From the IMG/VR virus record IMGVR_UViG_3300049144_000095, positions 32,001 to 96,000 of that record: 64,000 nt of DNA; one strand, 5' to 3'. The stretch is from a virus (Duplodnaviria > Caudoviricetes). Below the pieces are notes generated by a model that was given only the letters and a program-made list of their open reading frames with translations, was not told the DNA's origin and did no database searches. The position numbers and the translations under genes were made by a program. Shown here piece after piece: positions 55,715 through 64,000 of the stretch (positions are counted from its first letter, which is position 1; each line of letters starts with the position of its first letter).

Positions 55715-56305
55715 TCAAGCGGCCTCGCGGTGGCCGCCCAGCTCTTCGAAGACCAGCCCGACGAAGAAGCCGTCCAGCCAGTGGCTGCCCACCAGCGCCT
55801 TGACTGCTGCATGGTTGGCCACTGGCACCTCCTGGGCCAGGATGTTGCGCGCCTGAAACGACCGGACGGTGCTCACGAAGCCCAAGGTGTCCAGGTGGAT
55901 GACCTTGGCGAAGATCTCGGTGCGGCTCTGCTCGTCGGCCTGTGCGAGCTTGTGGTTGATGTTCGCCAGCGCGATGCGGTCCAGGAAAGCCTCCGACTTT
56001 CGACCCCTGCCTTCCTGGGCGTACGCCAGCGCGCCGAAGGTGAACCCTTCAGCCCAGGCCGCTCCGAGCCTCATCAGCAGCTCGTCCGGCGTGGAGTTCT
56101 CCAGCCTGACCTTCTGCGAGGTCTCTTCAGTCCGGCGCTTCCCGTGGTTCATCACCATGTCGTAGTCGAAGCGCCGGTTCAGTGCCTGCTCCGGTCCGAC
56201 CTTCACGATCTCCGCCTCGATGGCGTTGGTTGCGTCCACGATGCGCTCGTAGTCCGGATCGCCACTGGGGCGGTTCTCGTCGATCCACCGCTGCTGGTCC
56301 TGCAC
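55715..56305 (-). CDS. Hypothetical protein
   Basis: GAGGAG RBS before the GTG at 56305. Confidence 0.65.
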   Translation of the reverse strand: MQDQQRWIDENRPSGDPDYERIVDATNAIEAEIVKVGPEQALNRRFDYDMVMNHGKRRTEETSQKVRLENSTPDELLMRLGAAWAEGFTFGALAYAQEGRGRKSEAFLDRIALANINHKLAQADEQSRTEIFAKVIHLDTLGFVSTVRSFQARNILAQEVPVANHAAVKALVGSHWLDGFFVGLVFEELGGHREAA

Positions 56306-56364
56306 TTTTCTCTCCTCTTTCCGGGGGTCAGTCGATCTTAGACTGACGCCCCAGGAAGGCAGCG

Positions 56365-56634
56365 TCAGGTGGGTGACTCGCTGAGCGGGGCGATGGCGGT
56401 GTAGCAGGGACGGCACAGAACCAGGACGCCTGTGGCGTCAGCCGGGCTCTTTTCCTGTTCCCTTGGATTGAGCAGGTGCAGCAGGAGGCCGGGCTCGGCG
56501 GCGGACATGCACGATCCGTCTCCGTCGTGATAGAAGCGGCAGATGCAGCGGCATCCGCCGGGTCGGTGCTGCTGCCAGGTGAACGGCCAGGTCTCCTTGA
56601 GATAGAGCACGGGAAGCTCCGGCTCACCAGTCAC
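56365..56634 (-). CDS. Zinc-binding hypothetical protein
   Basis: CRCIC..H...C...LCRPC. Confidence 0.55.
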   Translation of the reverse strand: MTGEPELPVLYLKETWPFTWQQHRPGGCRCICRFYHDGDGSCMSAAEPGLLLHLLNPREQEKSPADATGVLVLCRPCYTAIAPLSESPT

Positions 56635-56636
56635 GT

Positions 56637-57122
56637 CTACGCCTTCGGTTCGGGCAGCTTTTCGATCATTTCGCTGGTCAGGGTAACCCGGCCGAGGTTC
56701 AGGAAGATGTCCATCATCCTCATCTCGATCCAGGTTTCGGCAGGGTTGAACCCCTTGGCTCGCATGACTCGCTGGTACTTCGCCGGGATGTCCACGAGGA
56801 TGCCGGAGACGTTGTCCTCTCGCAGCTTCTCGCTCAGCTCCAGGGCCTGCGAGGTGAGATCAACGCCCAACTCCTGCCATTCCGGGCGGACCCGGCGGAC
56901 ATAGAGCCTGCCCGGCCCGTTGGGGAGCTTCAAGTACACGGTTGCGTCCTCGGGGGCGCTGACCTTGCCGGTCTCGGCGCCGTGCCAGACGCAAGGTGCC
57001 TTGATCATGGACAGGCACCACTCGACGAAGACCGGCGGCGGGATCACCTTCGTGTCCCAGCCCCACTCCACTACGCAGCCGCACGACTGCTGAAGAGGGG
57101 TCCAGTGGAGATCACTGGGCAT
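56637..57122 (-). CDS. Hypothetical protein
   Basis: 161 aa; SCGC...C...C. Confidence 0.6.
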   Translation of the reverse strand: MPSDLHWTPLQQSCGCVVEWGWDTKVIPPPVFVEWCLSMIKAPCVWHGAETGKVSAPEDATVYLKLPNGPGRLYVRRVRPEWQELGVDLTSQALELSEKLREDNVSGILVDIPAKYQRVMRAKGFNPAETWIEMRMMDIFLNLGRVTLTSEMIEKLPEPKA

Positions 57123-57294
57123 GCCGTCCCGCCGCCCACGGTTCTGCTTCACGCGTCCCATGCGCCGAAGTATGCACTGCCGCAGGGTATTTGAGTGAAC
57201 GTTGGCCAAGGCTCCGGTCGAGTGGAGCCGCCGGTCCGCCGGGCTGTCCAGGGTGGGGCAGGCTCAAGGGAGATTGAATGCACGGCTGCCACGT

Positions 57295-57504
57295 TCAAGA
57301 CGGCTGACGCCTGGAGGGTGCGTCGGACTCCAGGAAGAGGGGGGGGGGGGCGGACAGAGCCGGTACGCCCAGCTCCAGGTCGGCCGACTCCTCCCGCCCC
57401 CTATCCGCCAGAAATGCTGCACTGGCTTGCATGTAGGTTTCGTCGGTGTCGGTCATGCGGCGCCGTACGGCCTTCTTGAAGGCGCTGTTGCTGTTCTTGG
57501 TCAT
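57295..57504 (-). CDS. Small hypothetical protein with a MTKN..FKKAVRRRM..T.ETY motif
   Basis: N-terminal motif frequent in actinobacterial proteins; spans a G12 run (plus strand). Confidence 0.55.
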   Translation of the reverse strand: MTKNSNSAFKKAVRRRMTDTDETYMQASAAFLADRGREESADLELGVPALSAPPPLFLESDAPSRRQPS

Positions 57505-57539
57505 GCCGCGACCCTGCGGCGCAGAGGGGTCAACGGGCT

Positions 57540-57755
57540 TCAGTCCGTTCGACGCATCCCGCGATCGTGGAACCGGCGCAGCGTCTCTGCCAGCTCTTCC
57601 GCGATGACCTCGTGGCCCTCGGGCAGCAGCTTCCCTGCCTGATGCCGAAGGAAGGTGCCTTCGGGGGCGAGCCGGTGGACCAGGATCCGCAGCTCATCCA
57701 GGGAGACCGTGATTGCGGCCCGGTCCGGCTGGGGGACGTTCTCGATGTCAGCCAC
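57540..57755 (-). CDS. Hypothetical protein
   Basis: GGGAG upstream; coupled. Confidence 0.5.
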   Translation of the reverse strand: MADIENVPQPDRAAITVSLDELRILVHRLAPEGTFLRHQAGKLLPEGHEVIAEELAETLRRFHDRGMRRTD

Positions 57756-58140
57756 TCCCGGTGGCCCCCTCTCGTTTCTTGGCCGCTTCGTAACGGGCGC
57801 GGGCTGCGATGAACGCCGCCTCCGTACCCCCGCGATCAGGATGCGCTTCGGCCATCGCCGCGCGCAGCTCGGCAAGCAGCGGCGTCTTCCTGTAATCGGG
57901 AAGTTCCGGAGGCTTCAGGTGGAGGCGGCGCAGGGTGTACCCGTGGTAGACCTCGCCGTCCGTCTCGATCCTCTGTCGGTCGACGAACCCGGTCCGGCCG
58001 TTGCCGTACCTGAAGTAGATCCGCTTCGGAGTCCTCTTCGTGATCTCGTGACGGAGGATCTGGTAGTTGCCGAGGGCGCCGTCGTCCCAGTTGGCATCCC
58101 ACAGCTCGTACAGGTACTCGGTCGGCGCCAGCTCACCCAC
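57748..58140 (-). CDS. Hypothetical protein with a C-terminal J-domain-like HPD segment
   Basis: LRAAMAEAHPDRGGTEAAFIAARARYE. Confidence 0.65.
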   Translation of the reverse strand: MGELAPTEYLYELWDANWDDGALGNYQILRHEITKRTPKRIYFRYGNGRTGFVDRQRIETDGEVYHGYTLRRLHLKPPELPDYRKTPLLAELRAAMAEAHPDRGGTEAAFIAARARYEAAKKREGATGSG

Positions 58141-58723
58141 GACCAGGTACCTGCGGGATCAGGACGTCGACACCACAGTCAGGGTGCGTGCAGATGCCGC
58201 CGTACGGCAGGTCATCAGCCGTCACCGGATAGAAGTCCGGATCGGGCTCGGGCGGGACATGGCTCAGGCAGCGCAGGATGCGGCCACCCTGAGACCTGTA
58301 CGCGACAATGGGTGCCTCGCTGGCCCGACGGCGCAGTTCGGCCATGACGGCGAGCGCACCCGTTTCCCGCTCGATCTCACCCTGGTCGTGCAGCTTGAGG
58401 GCCACTTCCTCGGCAATGTCAGCGGCAGCCTCCAGGGCCCTGGCATGCGTGGTCACCAACTGCCCATGCTGCCCGGTCTCGGTTGCAGGCAGCCGATGAC
58501 CCAGCTCAATCATGAAGAAGGGCGCCCAGTCCTGCCGGTAGTTGCATTCCTCGTCGGGGCAGCGCCACCCCTGCTCGGTGGCGACGAGAATCTTGACCAC
58601 GCCATGGCGGTCGTCGCCGCATGTGAACGGGTGCATGCCGCCCCGCGTCTGAAAGGCGTTCAGTGCGTGGACCTGCTCGGGTGTCCAGGGTGCCTTCTGG
58701 ATGCCTGCTTGATCGATAAGCAT
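58133..58723 (-). CDS. Modular hypothetical protein
   Basis: GAGGAG RBS; APWTPEQVHALNAFQ...HPFTC...GWRCPDEEC. Confidence 0.7.
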   Translation of the reverse strand: MLIDQAGIQKAPWTPEQVHALNAFQTRGGMHPFTCGDDRHGVVKILVATEQGWRCPDEECNYRQDWAPFFMIELGHRLPATETGQHGQLVTTHARALEAAADIAEEVALKLHDQGEIERETGALAVMAELRRRASEAPIVAYRSQGGRILRCLSHVPPEPDPDFYPVTADDLPYGGICTHPDCGVDVLIPQVPGRG

Positions 58724-58749
58724 GGATCTCCTCAGCTCGGAGCTACAGG

Positions 58750-59064
58750 TCAGGACTTGCCCAGCAGGCCGAGGAGCAGGCCGGACACCCTGAAGTAAGT
58801 GTCGTAGGCCGGAGTGTCGGGTCGGACGTCTGCGAGCGCACGCATTTCGATCAGGTGCGCGATGGCGTCCACCGTCTTCCGGTCGAGCAGTTCACTTTGC
58901 GCGGCCCGGATCAGTTCCAGGCCCAGAGCTGTGGCGTCCTCTCGCGTGAAGAGGGCGTCGCTGCCCGGAGTCACGATGTCCTTCCAGGCGAGGGAGGTCT
59001 GATCTCCGTCCTGCTCGACGGTGAACTTCCGGCCGCCGACTGATGTGATCTTCTTCTGGTCCAT
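58750..59064 (-). CDS. Hypothetical protein
   Basis: GAAGGGA RBS; downstream of the promoter at 59093. Confidence 0.65.
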   Translation of the reverse strand: MDQKKITSVGGRKFTVEQDGDQTSLAWKDIVTPGSDALFTREDATALGLELIRAAQSELLDRKTVDAIAHLIEMRALADVRPDTPAYDTYFRVSGLLLGLLGKS

Positions 59065-59092
59065 GCTGCATCCCTTCTCTTTCCGGACTTCC

Positions 59093-59114
59093 ATCCTATC
59101 GGTGACCTAGGCCG
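59093..59114 (-). promoter_or_regulatory. Palindromic box plus -10 element
   Basis: Minus strand CGGCCTAGGTCA-ccga-TAGGAT. Confidence 0.65.
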
Positions 59115-59574
59115 TTGAGGGACCCTTACCGCGAGATTGGACAGGCGTAGAGATGGCACGCTCTGGAGTCCAGCCCCGCCCTAGTCTCCCCATGAGGGTC
59201 GAGACGTAGACCAGCGGGCACCGTTCGTCCAGCAGCCACTCGCTGTACGTCTTCGTCTCGCCCCAGGCGGTGAGCCGGTGGGGCGCTCGCTTGGTCCGGT
59301 AAGCGGCGAAGTCGGGGTCGTTCTCCAGCATCCAGGCGTGCCACTCGTGTACCTGGCCGATCATCCAGACGTCTCGCCGCGCGATCTGTATCACCGGAGG
59401 CGGGAACAGGCCTTGCGGCGGGACGCTGGGCCGGGACATCCGGCTGTCGTAGCGGACTTGCCATTCCTCGACAAGACGTCCTGAGATGCCGAACTCGCGG
59501 CCCACGTCCCAGGCATCCCCCAGCCGGGGAAGGTCGGGCTGCCGTGAGAGCCAGTACTCGATGGGGTTCTCCAT
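59107..59574 (-). CDS. Putative DNA-binding protein with a C-terminal domain of the kind found on HNH homing endonucleases
   Basis: RLTAWGETKTYSEW...TLMGRLGRGWTPERAISTP; no HNH catalytic motif. Confidence 0.6.
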   Translation of the reverse strand: MENPIEYWLSRQPDLPRLGDAWDVGREFGISGRLVEEWQVRYDSRMSRPSVPPQGLFPPPVIQIARRDVWMIGQVHEWHAWMLENDPDFAAYRTKRAPHRLTAWGETKTYSEWLLDERCPLVYVSTLMGRLGRGWTPERAISTPVQSRGKGPSTA

Positions 59575-59657
59575 CCTGTAAAAATATCGCAGAACGAAGT
59601 GAAAGAATCCTTTAGTTCGGCGCTGAGGTGGGACGCGAAACTACAAGAGCTGGACCC

Positions 59658-60032
59658 TCACTCCCGCCGGGAGTCGCAAGGGCAGACCAGGTTGCTGCCG
59701 GGGACACCACGGGACACCGTGAACCAGCAGCGGCCGTCTACGTCATGCACCCCCGTCTCGTGATCACACGACGGACACCGCCTGCTGGCAGCCCGGTCGG
59801 TGCCGTTCTGCACGTCGCTCGCGCTCTCCTCGTCGGCCCAGTAGTCGGGCCGTACCGGCTCCCAGTCGCCGTAGGTGATGCGGCGGCGGATCTGAACACC
59901 CCGGGAGTGCTGACCAGGAACGAGGTCGCCTCCACCGTCAGGTCGGGGGAACCAGGTGTGGAAGTCCCACTCCGGCGGAGGAATGCACGGCAGCAGGCTC
60001 TTGCGTATCGGCTCGGACTCGGGCCAGTTCAC
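59658..60032 (-). CDS. Hypothetical protein
   Basis: GTGA coupling; IRRRITYGDWEPV and CPSCDH...C...CPC. Confidence 0.55.
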   Translation of the reverse strand: MNWPESEPIRKSLLPCIPPPEWDFHTWFPRPDGGGDLVPGQHSRGVQIRRRITYGDWEPVRPDYWADEESASDVQNGTDRAASRRCPSCDHETGVHDVDGRCWFTVSRGVPGSNLVCPCDSRRE

Positions 60033-60706
60033 TGTGGAGTTCCCTCCCCGGCACCTGACGGACCGGTGTTGTCGGAGTTCCAGGCGTCGACCACTTTGCC
60101 AGCGACCTTGATGTCCCGTCCCGCTGTATCGATACCGACATATCCGAGAATCCCTCGGATCCCGGAGGGCGGCACGTAGTCGACGCACTCGCACACCGAG
60201 CAGGCCTCACGGGTCCAGCCCGGTCGTTGGCGCCGGTGCTCGGCCTCGGTGTGCCTGCACTCGTACCGCTCCTGATGGTTGCCGTCTGCCTGTCTGCGCA
60301 GCTCCGCCTCGATCAGGCGGGCTCCATGGAGTACCCCTTCGCGATCACCCGAAGAGCGGGCAACCCTGCGCAGAAAACGAGCCGCCTCGCGCCAACCTTC
60401 CGCCGGGGTTCCGAAAGGTTCCATGCCGCAGGCGTCACAGCACCCGCACTGATCCACGCAGACGAGTTCGTCGCCTTCCTCGTCACCCTCGGCCGATACC
60501 CTCATGCTCGCTTCGAAGGCGACCAGATGTGTCCGCGCCGCAGCCAGGCGTGCGCAGTGACCGCAGGGTCTTCCCGACTCGTCCCAGACGCCGGGCCGCT
60601 GGTGTGCATGAGCAGGGCCGCTGTAGTCGAGCGCGTAGCGCAGATCATCCGCCAGGAGGGCGGCGAACGCGGCTTCGGCCTCAGTTCGTTTGGCTGTCTC
60701 GCTCAC
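60029..60706 (-). CDS. Modular hypothetical protein
   Basis: GTGA coupling; several Cys clusters. Confidence 0.55.
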   Translation of the reverse strand: MSETAKRTEAEAAFAALLADDLRYALDYSGPAHAHQRPGVWDESGRPCGHCARLAAARTHLVAFEASMRVSAEGDEEGDELVCVDQCGCCDACGMEPFGTPAEGWREAARFLRRVARSSGDREGVLHGARLIEAELRRQADGNHQERYECRHTEAEHRRQRPGWTREACSVCECVDYVPPSGIRGILGYVGIDTAGRDIKVAGKVVDAWNSDNTGPSGAGEGTPQ

Positions 60707-61038
60707 GACATCTCCCCGGCTTCTCGCATGGCCTGCAACAGGCGTGCCCCCCGTGCGATGTCGATGGGCCAGGTCCAACGCCTGGCCCCTGACCCACACG
60801 CCGGGTCCGGACACACCCATCCGTCCGTGGTGGCCATCAGTAAGGGGCCACCCGTAAGGACTCGCCCGCTTTTGTGACTGGGCCACCAGCAGCGCATCTT
60901 GGGTCGGCTGGGGTTCTCGGGGCCATGCTCCTGAAGGCAGTTCAGTGCGTCCACCTGTTCACTCGTCCACGGTGCCTCGACAGTCCAGGGCCACTCCCCC
61001 AGGGGTGTCGTCAGTGGGTCGAAGGGAGTCTGGCTCAT
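60703..61038 (-). CDS. Hypothetical protein, paralogous to 58133..58723
   Basis: APWTSEQVDALNCLQ...ATTDGWVCPDPAC; GGAG RBS. Confidence 0.65.
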   Translation of the reverse strand: MSQTPFDPLTTPLGEWPWTVEAPWTSEQVDALNCLQEHGPENPSRPKMRCWWPSHKSGRVLTGGPLLMATTDGWVCPDPACGSGARRWTWPIDIARGARLLQAMREAGEMS

Positions 61039-61090
61039 GGGGCAGCTCCAGGAGGCGAAGGGCGACACAGGTGTTGTCGCGGGGATCTCC

Positions 61091-61112
61091 AGTCTACCCC
61101 TGGCCTAGGCCG
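61091..61112 (-). promoter_or_regulatory. Palindromic box plus -10 element
   Basis: Minus strand CGGCCTAGGCCA-gggg-TAGACT. Confidence 0.65.
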
Positions 61113-61136
61113 GATGGTCAGGTCTAATCTGGCTTC

Positions 61137-61358
61137 ATGGATTCCACACTTCAGCCGCTCCCCTGGTCCCGAGAACTTCCCCTCAACAGGCAGGAGGAGT
61201 TCGCGGCCGAACTCCGGCGCACACCCGAGCGCCTGCTGCCCCATCTGATCGCCGCCTGGAAGACGACGGCCGAGTTCTACGCGAACCCGGGGCCGCTGCT
61301 CCGCCTGGTGGCAGCCCCCGGCGAGGGCTTCGCGTACCTCAGGCCGCCTACATCCTGA
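61137..61358 (+). CDS. Small protein resembling the C-terminus of Streptomyces Phd-like antitoxins
   Basis: LPWSRELP...EEFAAEL...IAAWKTTAEFYANP. Confidence 0.5.
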   Translation: MDSTLQPLPWSRELPLNRQEEFAAELRRTPERLLPHLIAAWKTTAEFYANPGPLLRLVAAPGEGFAYLRPPTS

Positions 61359-61599
61359 CGGGCCCTCACCGCACGGGCAGCTTCCCGGCAGGGAGCAGAC
61401 AGAGCCGGGGTCTCGGGGCGAACACGAGACGGCCGGAGCATGGGGCGACTCCGGCCGTCTTGCTGGGAAGAGTTCACGGCTCTTCCCACAGGGCCCTCCA
61501 AGGGCACCGGCGCACGCGGTGAGGACCGTGCGCCAGTGAGGAGAGTAGGTGCCTCCGGCTGGCGAGCGCCAACCCTCGGACAGTCCCGGACGGAGTTGG

Positions 61600-61833
61600 T
61601 CAGGGACGGCACTTCAGGCCGTAGGCCACGATGAAACGCAACACGAGCAGGCCCCCGACGAAGTGCAGGTAGAAGGCCGCTCCTGAGGGGATGCTGAGCA
61701 GGTCCGCCATGATGTCGGGACACGTGAACAGAGGAAGACCCACAGCTCCTGCCGCCTTGGCTTCCAGACGCATGGGGGTCCCGGACTTCTTGTCCTCTGA
61801 CTGAGGGGCGTTCTTCGGGGTGCTGTCGTCCAT
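61600..61833 (-). CDS. Small membrane protein
   Basis: AAGGAGAAG RBS; C-terminal hydrophobic helices. Confidence 0.6.
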   Translation of the reverse strand: MDDSTPKNAPQSEDKKSGTPMRLEAKAAGAVGLPLFTCPDIMADLLSIPSGAAFYLHFVGGLLVLRFIVAYGLKCRP

Positions 61834-62166
61834 GACTTCTTCTCCTTTTCCGATTGGGTCAACTCTAGCTCTGGCAGAACTGGTTGAGCCTCAACGGATG
61901 CTCAGAGTCCCGAAGCGGTCACGGGCCGGACAAAGCTGAGCTGGCACAGGGGTCTTCCGCTGCCTCCCCCGAGGGCGGTGCCACCTCTCACGCGGAGCGA
62001 GTCACGCGCGCCGGGTCTCACACCCGGATGCCAGTGAGTTGATGATACGACAAGCCTCAGCGGGGGCGGCAGGGGCCTCGACCTCGCCAGCTCTCCAGGG
62101 GTTGTAGGTCTGGGCTTGTAGGTTTGTGGTTCTGTGGATCTGGATTGTGGATGAAAGAGCGCCGGG

Positions 62167-62556
62167 GTGAGCGAGCGCAGACAAGACGAGGCGACACAGC
62201 CTGCATCGGTGTTCCGTAGCCGTGGCTACGAGCACGTCTCCTACTACCGGGTGTACTGCACGGCCGACTGCGGCTACTACCTCTCAAGAGAGGAGGGCTC
62301 GTGGTCCAGGACGACACACAGGCGGTACGCCGCCTGCTTCCCCGACGCAGACAAGGCGTGGCAGGCCGCACGGTCCGCCGGGTGGGCGAACGTACTGCTC
62401 CCAGGGCATGACCCGCACAAGCACGGTCCCTACGGCCCGAAGCAGCGCATGTTCTACTGCGACCAGAGCGGCGCCGGGGACTGCCAGGAGGTCCGCGAGT
62501 ACAAGGACGCCACCGTGTGCCCCGAGTGCAGAGGCGCCGGATGGTTCCCCTGGTAG
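62167..62556 (+). CDS. Zinc-binding hypothetical protein
   Basis: CTADC...CDQ...C...CPECRGAG. Confidence 0.55.
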   Translation: MSERRQDEATQPASVFRSRGYEHVSYYRVYCTADCGYYLSREEGSWSRTTHRRYAACFPDADKAWQAARSAGWANVLLPGHDPHKHGPYGPKQRMFYCDQSGAGDCQEVREYKDATVCPECRGAGWFPW

Positions 62557-62577
62557 CCGGGACCGGACACGGAGGAG

Positions 62578-62742
62578 ATGGTTCGAGTGAGCAGGCACTT
62601 CATGCTGGCCGTTCAGGTGGCCCTGCCTGGCCATGACGACGAAGAGGAGGAGGCGACTCTGTCGCTCCTTCAGGAGCGCATCAGAGGTCTGCCCGAGTTC
62701 AAGCAGCTCGGCGCAACGATGGACCCGCCCGAGCAGATCTGA
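62578..62742 (+). CDS. Small hypothetical protein (54 aa)
   Basis: GGAGGAG RBS; ends just before the terminator. Confidence 0.5.
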   Translation: MVRVSRHFMLAVQVALPGHDDEEEEATLSLLQERIRGLPEFKQLGATMDPPEQI

Positions 62743-62752
62743 CCCGAGTCAG

Positions 62753-62793
62753 AAAAGAGCCCCCTTGTGATCAACTCACGAGGGGGCTCTTTT
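62753..62793. terminator. Bidirectional intrinsic terminator
   Basis: AAAAGAGCCCCCT...AGGGGGCTCTTTT between convergent genes. Confidence 0.85.
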
Positions 62794-62963
62794 GCGCACG
62801 AGGCGCATCGGTGCCTGAAGGCTATCAGAGCCTTGCCCCGTCAGGAGGCAAAGGGGCCCACGTAGAGAAGGCGCAGCGGATTTTTCTGCCGACTCGATTT
62901 CCGGATCCTGACTCGCTTCATGGTTTTTCGGCAGGGACCGGACAGAGGCCTCTATCCCGCCAA

Positions 62964-63161
62964 TTAGTCGGGGTCCATCGGAGGCGGCGAATCGATTGAC
63001 CCTTCTTCGCTCCGCTTCCAGACCGGATGCGGCCTCTTGTGGATCTCGGTCATCTCCATCATGCGTGTGACCATGTAGCGCAGCACGGCTGCATCGAGGT
63101 CGACCGGGTAAGGGGTCGAGTTGTCGAGGAGGTGGATCATGTCGTCTTCACTGATGCTCAT
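62964..63161 (-). CDS. Small hypothetical protein
   Basis: 65 aa; first ORF left of the non-coding region. Confidence 0.5.
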   Translation of the reverse strand: MSISEDDMIHLLDNSTPYPVDLDAAVLRYMVTRMMEMTEIHKRPHPVWKRSEEGSIDSPPPMDPD

Positions 63162-63179
63162 GCGGTGAGCCTAGGGCAA

Positions 63180-64000
63180 GGAAGCCCTGTGGAAAACGCC
63201 CACGCGGCCCACACGTAGACGGACACGAGACCAAAACCTGGAACCAAATTCAGAAATACATTTCCCAATTGGTTTTCTCATTGGTTGGGAATTCTTGGGA
63301 TCTCCTGGTTTTCCTGCCCTTTGTTTTTCTCCCTTCCTAGCCTGCCTGCTTTCCCGCTCGCTTTCCTTTCCGATTGCTTTCCTATTGCTGTGTGTATTGC
63401 TTTTGTGTGTACGTGATATCGAGCGTGCATCGTGTGGATTGTTGTCATCCCCTTTCCTTGTTGCATTCCTTTTGCCTCTCCCTTCCGATCGTCTTCTTTC
63501 CCTTGTGTCCTGTGCATTGTGTGCATTGCGTCGCCTGCCGAATGTGCACATGTGTGGTGTGAGATAGAGGCTGGTCACAGAGTCGAGTCACCCGCTTTCG
63601 CATCCTTCCGAATTGCTGCGCCTTTTCCCCTGCCATCCCTCGTGGCCATGCAGTGGTGAGTAAGGGCAGAAAGGAAACAAGAGAATGAACAAGAGAGTGA
63701 CAGGAAAAGGGCGCACGCATTCCCGCTGAAAGGCACTCTCGAAGCTGCGCCGAAAGCACACCGCAACACCCCCTCCCTTTCACGTGCACTCACCCGCACC
63801 CCATTCGAGCCGCACCGTTCCGCGCGCCTGCCACCCGCACCGTTCGCGAGGCTTCCCGTGCCCGTTCGATGGCTGGTCAGAGACTCGCCGACTCGCACCC
63901 GGGGCGCCCCCGCGCGTCACGTGCCCGGGGCGCACACGCATGCGCGCGCCTGCCCGCCCTCGCGCGTGCCCGCGTACCTGCGTCACGCGTGCGTGCGTGC
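63180..64000. other. Low-complexity, strand-asymmetric non-coding region (candidate genome end, pac or ori)
   Basis: Pyrimidine/T-rich block, then an A/G-rich block, then CGCG/CGTG alternating repeats; no credible ORF. Confidence 0.55.

Noticed and set aside
61883-61982. Possible structured RNA (GCTCAG/CTGAGC, GGCAC/GTGCC stems) and palindrome GTTGAG-C-CTCAAC
   Set aside because: Stems of 4-6 bp are expected by chance at this GC content; no match to a riboswitch or ribozyme I recognise; a covariance search would be needed
63171-63986. ORFs called in the terminal low-complexity region
   Set aside because: Compositionally biased translations (K/R/E- or C/L/F-rich) that reflect the strand asymmetry; no RBS
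1-64000. tRNA genes, CRISPR arrays, IS elements, DGR
   Set aside because: No cloverleaf/T-arm signatures, regularly spaced repeats, transposase or reverse transcriptase seen by eye
1-64000. bldA-dependent TTA codon control
   Set aside because: Spot checks found in-frame TTA only in doubtful short ORFs; a full codon count was not possible

Overview
This window is a large piece of a GC-rich (roughly two-thirds G+C by eye) long-tailed dsDNA actinophage or prophage, probably infecting Streptomyces. Read on the minus strand, right to left, it runs from a low-complexity, strand-asymmetric non-coding region (63.2-64 kb) through about 25 kb of small accessory genes (ThyX, tyrosine recombinase, PadR/XRE regulators, lipoproteins, RAMA-domain protein, a 606-aa defence-like ORF). 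It continues through a TerS-like gene, a TerL carrying an intein, portal, protease/scaffold, decoration protein and major capsid protein. A plus-strand island then interrupts the late operon, followed by head-tail connector genes interleaved with two glycosyltransferases and a HAD phosphatase, an HNH endonuclease, tail tube, tail chaperones, a 1742-aa tape measure protein and tail-tip genes that run off the left edge. Most notable: (1) a candidate virion glycosylation system, with two glycosyltransferases in the structural operon and four virion proteins all ending in Gly-Ser; (2) a 12-bp palindrome, YGRCCTAGGYCR, found seven times at gene boundaries, four times just upstream of -10 boxes; (3) an Ala-start class 3 intein in the TerL Walker A motif; (4) a phage-borne protealysin-like M4 protease; (5) an apparent +1 rather than -1 tail-chaperone frameshift. 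All family assignments come from motif recognition by eye. No database searches were run.
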